Source of the DNA: Erysipelotrichales bacterium
GTDB lineage: Bacteria; Bacillota_I; Bacilli_A; RFN20; CAG-826
Length of the DNA: 64,000 bases
Assembly (NCBI GenBank): GCA_022508535.1
Contig: JAFLUZ010000008.1
Span: 10,467-74,466, forward strand
Direction of reading: 5' to 3'
A program made the position numbers and the translations under genes. Positions 62,408 through 64,000 of the stretch are shown here, one piece after another (position 1 is the first letter of the stretch; every line of letters starts with the position of its first letter). The notes beneath the pieces were generated by a model. That model worked only from the letters and a program-made list of their open reading frames with translations, did not search any database and had not been told where the DNA came from.

Positions 62408-64000
62408 CTACTCGGCTTGTTTTATAGATAAGCCAATACGTTTTTTAGCTACATCAACACTTATAACTTTGACATTAACAATTTGGTTAATATTTACAAC
62501 ATCAAGTGGATGTTTAACAAATTTATTAGATAATTCAGAAATGTGGACTAAACCATCTTGGTGAACACCAATATCCACAAATACACCAAAGTCCATAATA
62601 TTTCTTACTGTTCCTTTTAAAACCATGCCAACTTGCAAATCTTTAATGTCGATAACATCATGACGAAGCTCTGCAACTTCAACATCTAAACGAGGATCAC
62701 GTCCTGGTTTAATTAATTCTTCTACAATATCAGAAAGTGTTGGTGCTCCAACATTCAATCTTTTTGCATATTCTTCAACATTTAAATCTTTAAGCATTTC
62801 TTTTAAAGACTCATCATTTAGATCTTCCACAGAATGCTTTAATTCTTTAAGTAATGCGATAGCGAAGTGGTAACTCTCAGGGTGAACTGCGGTGTTATCT
62901 AAAGGATAACCATTTCTAATACGTAAGAAACCTGCACATTGTTCATAAGCTTTTGGTCCTAATTTATTAACTTTTAATAAATCTTCACGATTCTTAAATG
63001 GTCCGTTTTCTTCGCGGTATTTAACAATTGATTGAGCAAGAGTTGAAGAAATACCTGATACGTATTCTAAAAGTGATGGTGATGCGGTATTTAAATCAAC
63101 ACCAACATTATTAACACAAGTTTCAACAACTCCACCTAATACTTCTCCTAGTTTCTTTTGGTTCATATCGTGTTGATATTGACCAACACCAATGGCCTTA
63201 GGATCAATCTTAACTAATTCTGCTAATGGATCTTGTAAACGACGAGCAAGAGAAACTGCACTACGAAGCGCAACATCAAAAGTAGGGAACTCTTTTGTGC
63301 CTAAAGGTGAAGCACTATAAACAGATGCGCCTGCTTCATTAACAATGACATAATCAACTTTTGTGTCTAATTCAGAAAGTAATCCTCTTAAGAATGCTTC
63401 AGATTCTCGAGATGCTGTACCATTTCCAAGGGCAATCATATTGATGTTATATTTAGAAATTAATAATTTAATTGTTTTCTTTGCTTCTTCAATTCTATTA
63501 TGAGGTTCAGTTGGATAAACAACCGAAGTTGCTAAAACTTTACCTCTTTCATCAACAACTGCTAATTTACAACCTGTTCTAAAAGCAGGGTCAAAACCTA
63601 AAACAATCTTATGTTCTACTGGAGCAACAAGGAGTAGTTGTTTTAAGTTTTCTTTAAATACCCCCATTGATGTTTCTTCAGCTTTTTCTGTTAATTCATT
63701 TCTTAATTCATTTTCTAAGCTTGGAAAAATAAGACGTTTATAGGCATCATCAATTGCTTCTAAAACATATTTTGATGAATCACAATCTCTTGTGACCATT
63801 TTCGATTTAATACGTGACAACGCTTCTACTTCATCAATAACTAGAGTCACTTTTAAGCACTTCATATTCTCGCCACGATTAATGGCTAAAATTCGGTGTG
63901 GTGGAATACGATTAATTGCCTCTTCATAATCTTTATACATTTCAAAAGTATTCTTTTCATCAGGTTTATCTTCAATAGTTTTTACTTTACCTGTTTTATA
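62408..64000 (-). CDS. tex: Tex RNA-binding transcriptional accessory protein, 5' end outside window
   Basis: HRILAINRGE, GFDPAFRTGCK, GNGTASRE, VGQYQHD, C-terminal S1 domain; frame open to the window end. Confidence 0.96.
   Translation of the reverse strand, partial: YKTGKVKTIEDKPDEKNTFEMYKDYEEAINRIPPHRILAINRGENMKCLKVTLVIDEVEALSRIKSKMVTRDCDSSKYVLEAIDDAYKRLIFPSLENELRNELTEKAEETSMGVFKENLKQLLLVAPVEHKIVLGFDPAFRTGCKLAVVDERGKVLATSVVYPTEPHNRIEEAKKTIKLLISKYNINMIALGNGTASRESEAFLRGLLSELDTKVDYVIVNEAGASVYSASPLGTKEFPTFDVALRSAVSLARRLQDPLAELVKIDPKAIGVGQYQHDMNQKKLGEVLGGVVETCVNNVGVDLNTASPSLLEYVSGISSTLAQSIVKYREENGPFKNREDLLKVNKLGPKAYEQCAGFLRIRNGYPLDNTAVHPESYHFAIALLKELKHSVEDLNDESLKEMLKDLNVEEYAKRLNVGAPTLSDIVEELIKPGRDPRLDVEVAELRHDVIDIKDLQVGMVLKGTVRNIMDFGVFVDIGVHQDGLVHISELSNKFVKHPLDVVNINQIVNVKVISVDVAKKRIGLSIKQAE

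Overview
AT-rich chromosomal window from a low-GC Bacillota bacterium, most likely an uncultured, reduced-genome Bacilli lineage (RF39/RFN20/Erysipelotrichales-like; taxonomy is inferred). Genetic code 11 fits. The backbone keeps the Bacillus-type order comEA-comEC-holA-rpsT-gpr-(yqxA-like)-lepA-hemW-hrcA-grpE-dnaK-dnaJ, and the right end holds tex-thyA-folA, coaX-panT-pepV-trmB-M42 peptidase-ytpR and greA. Accessory blocks interrupt this backbone. (1) At the left edge is a 4-gene cluster: RHH regulator, Zn-ribbon SPFH protein, 4-TM protein and a >1490-aa protein missing from the ORF track, with Zn-ribbon/TPR/TIR, one TM helix, InlB-B repeats and BspA-type LRRs, i.e. an inverted Toll-like-receptor architecture. 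A Y-family polymerase/YolD pair lies beside it. (2) Two dispersed copies (19.8 kb and 59.9 kb) of an unannotated ~365-bp element look like a type I toxin-antitoxin module with a leader ORF, a 32-aa hydrophobic peptide, 5'-3' long-range pairing and a convergent antisense RNA. Their promoter region shares a 13-bp motif with the comEA promoter. (3) A 17-kb insert between holA and rpsT carries a MoxR/DUF58/vWA operon and six acidic lipoproteins that share modules. (4) A TasA/SipW-signal-like cluster has no sipW. comEC is broken by one TGA at the conserved Gly of the LFMGD motif. No rRNA, tRNA, CRISPR array, integrase or transposase was seen.
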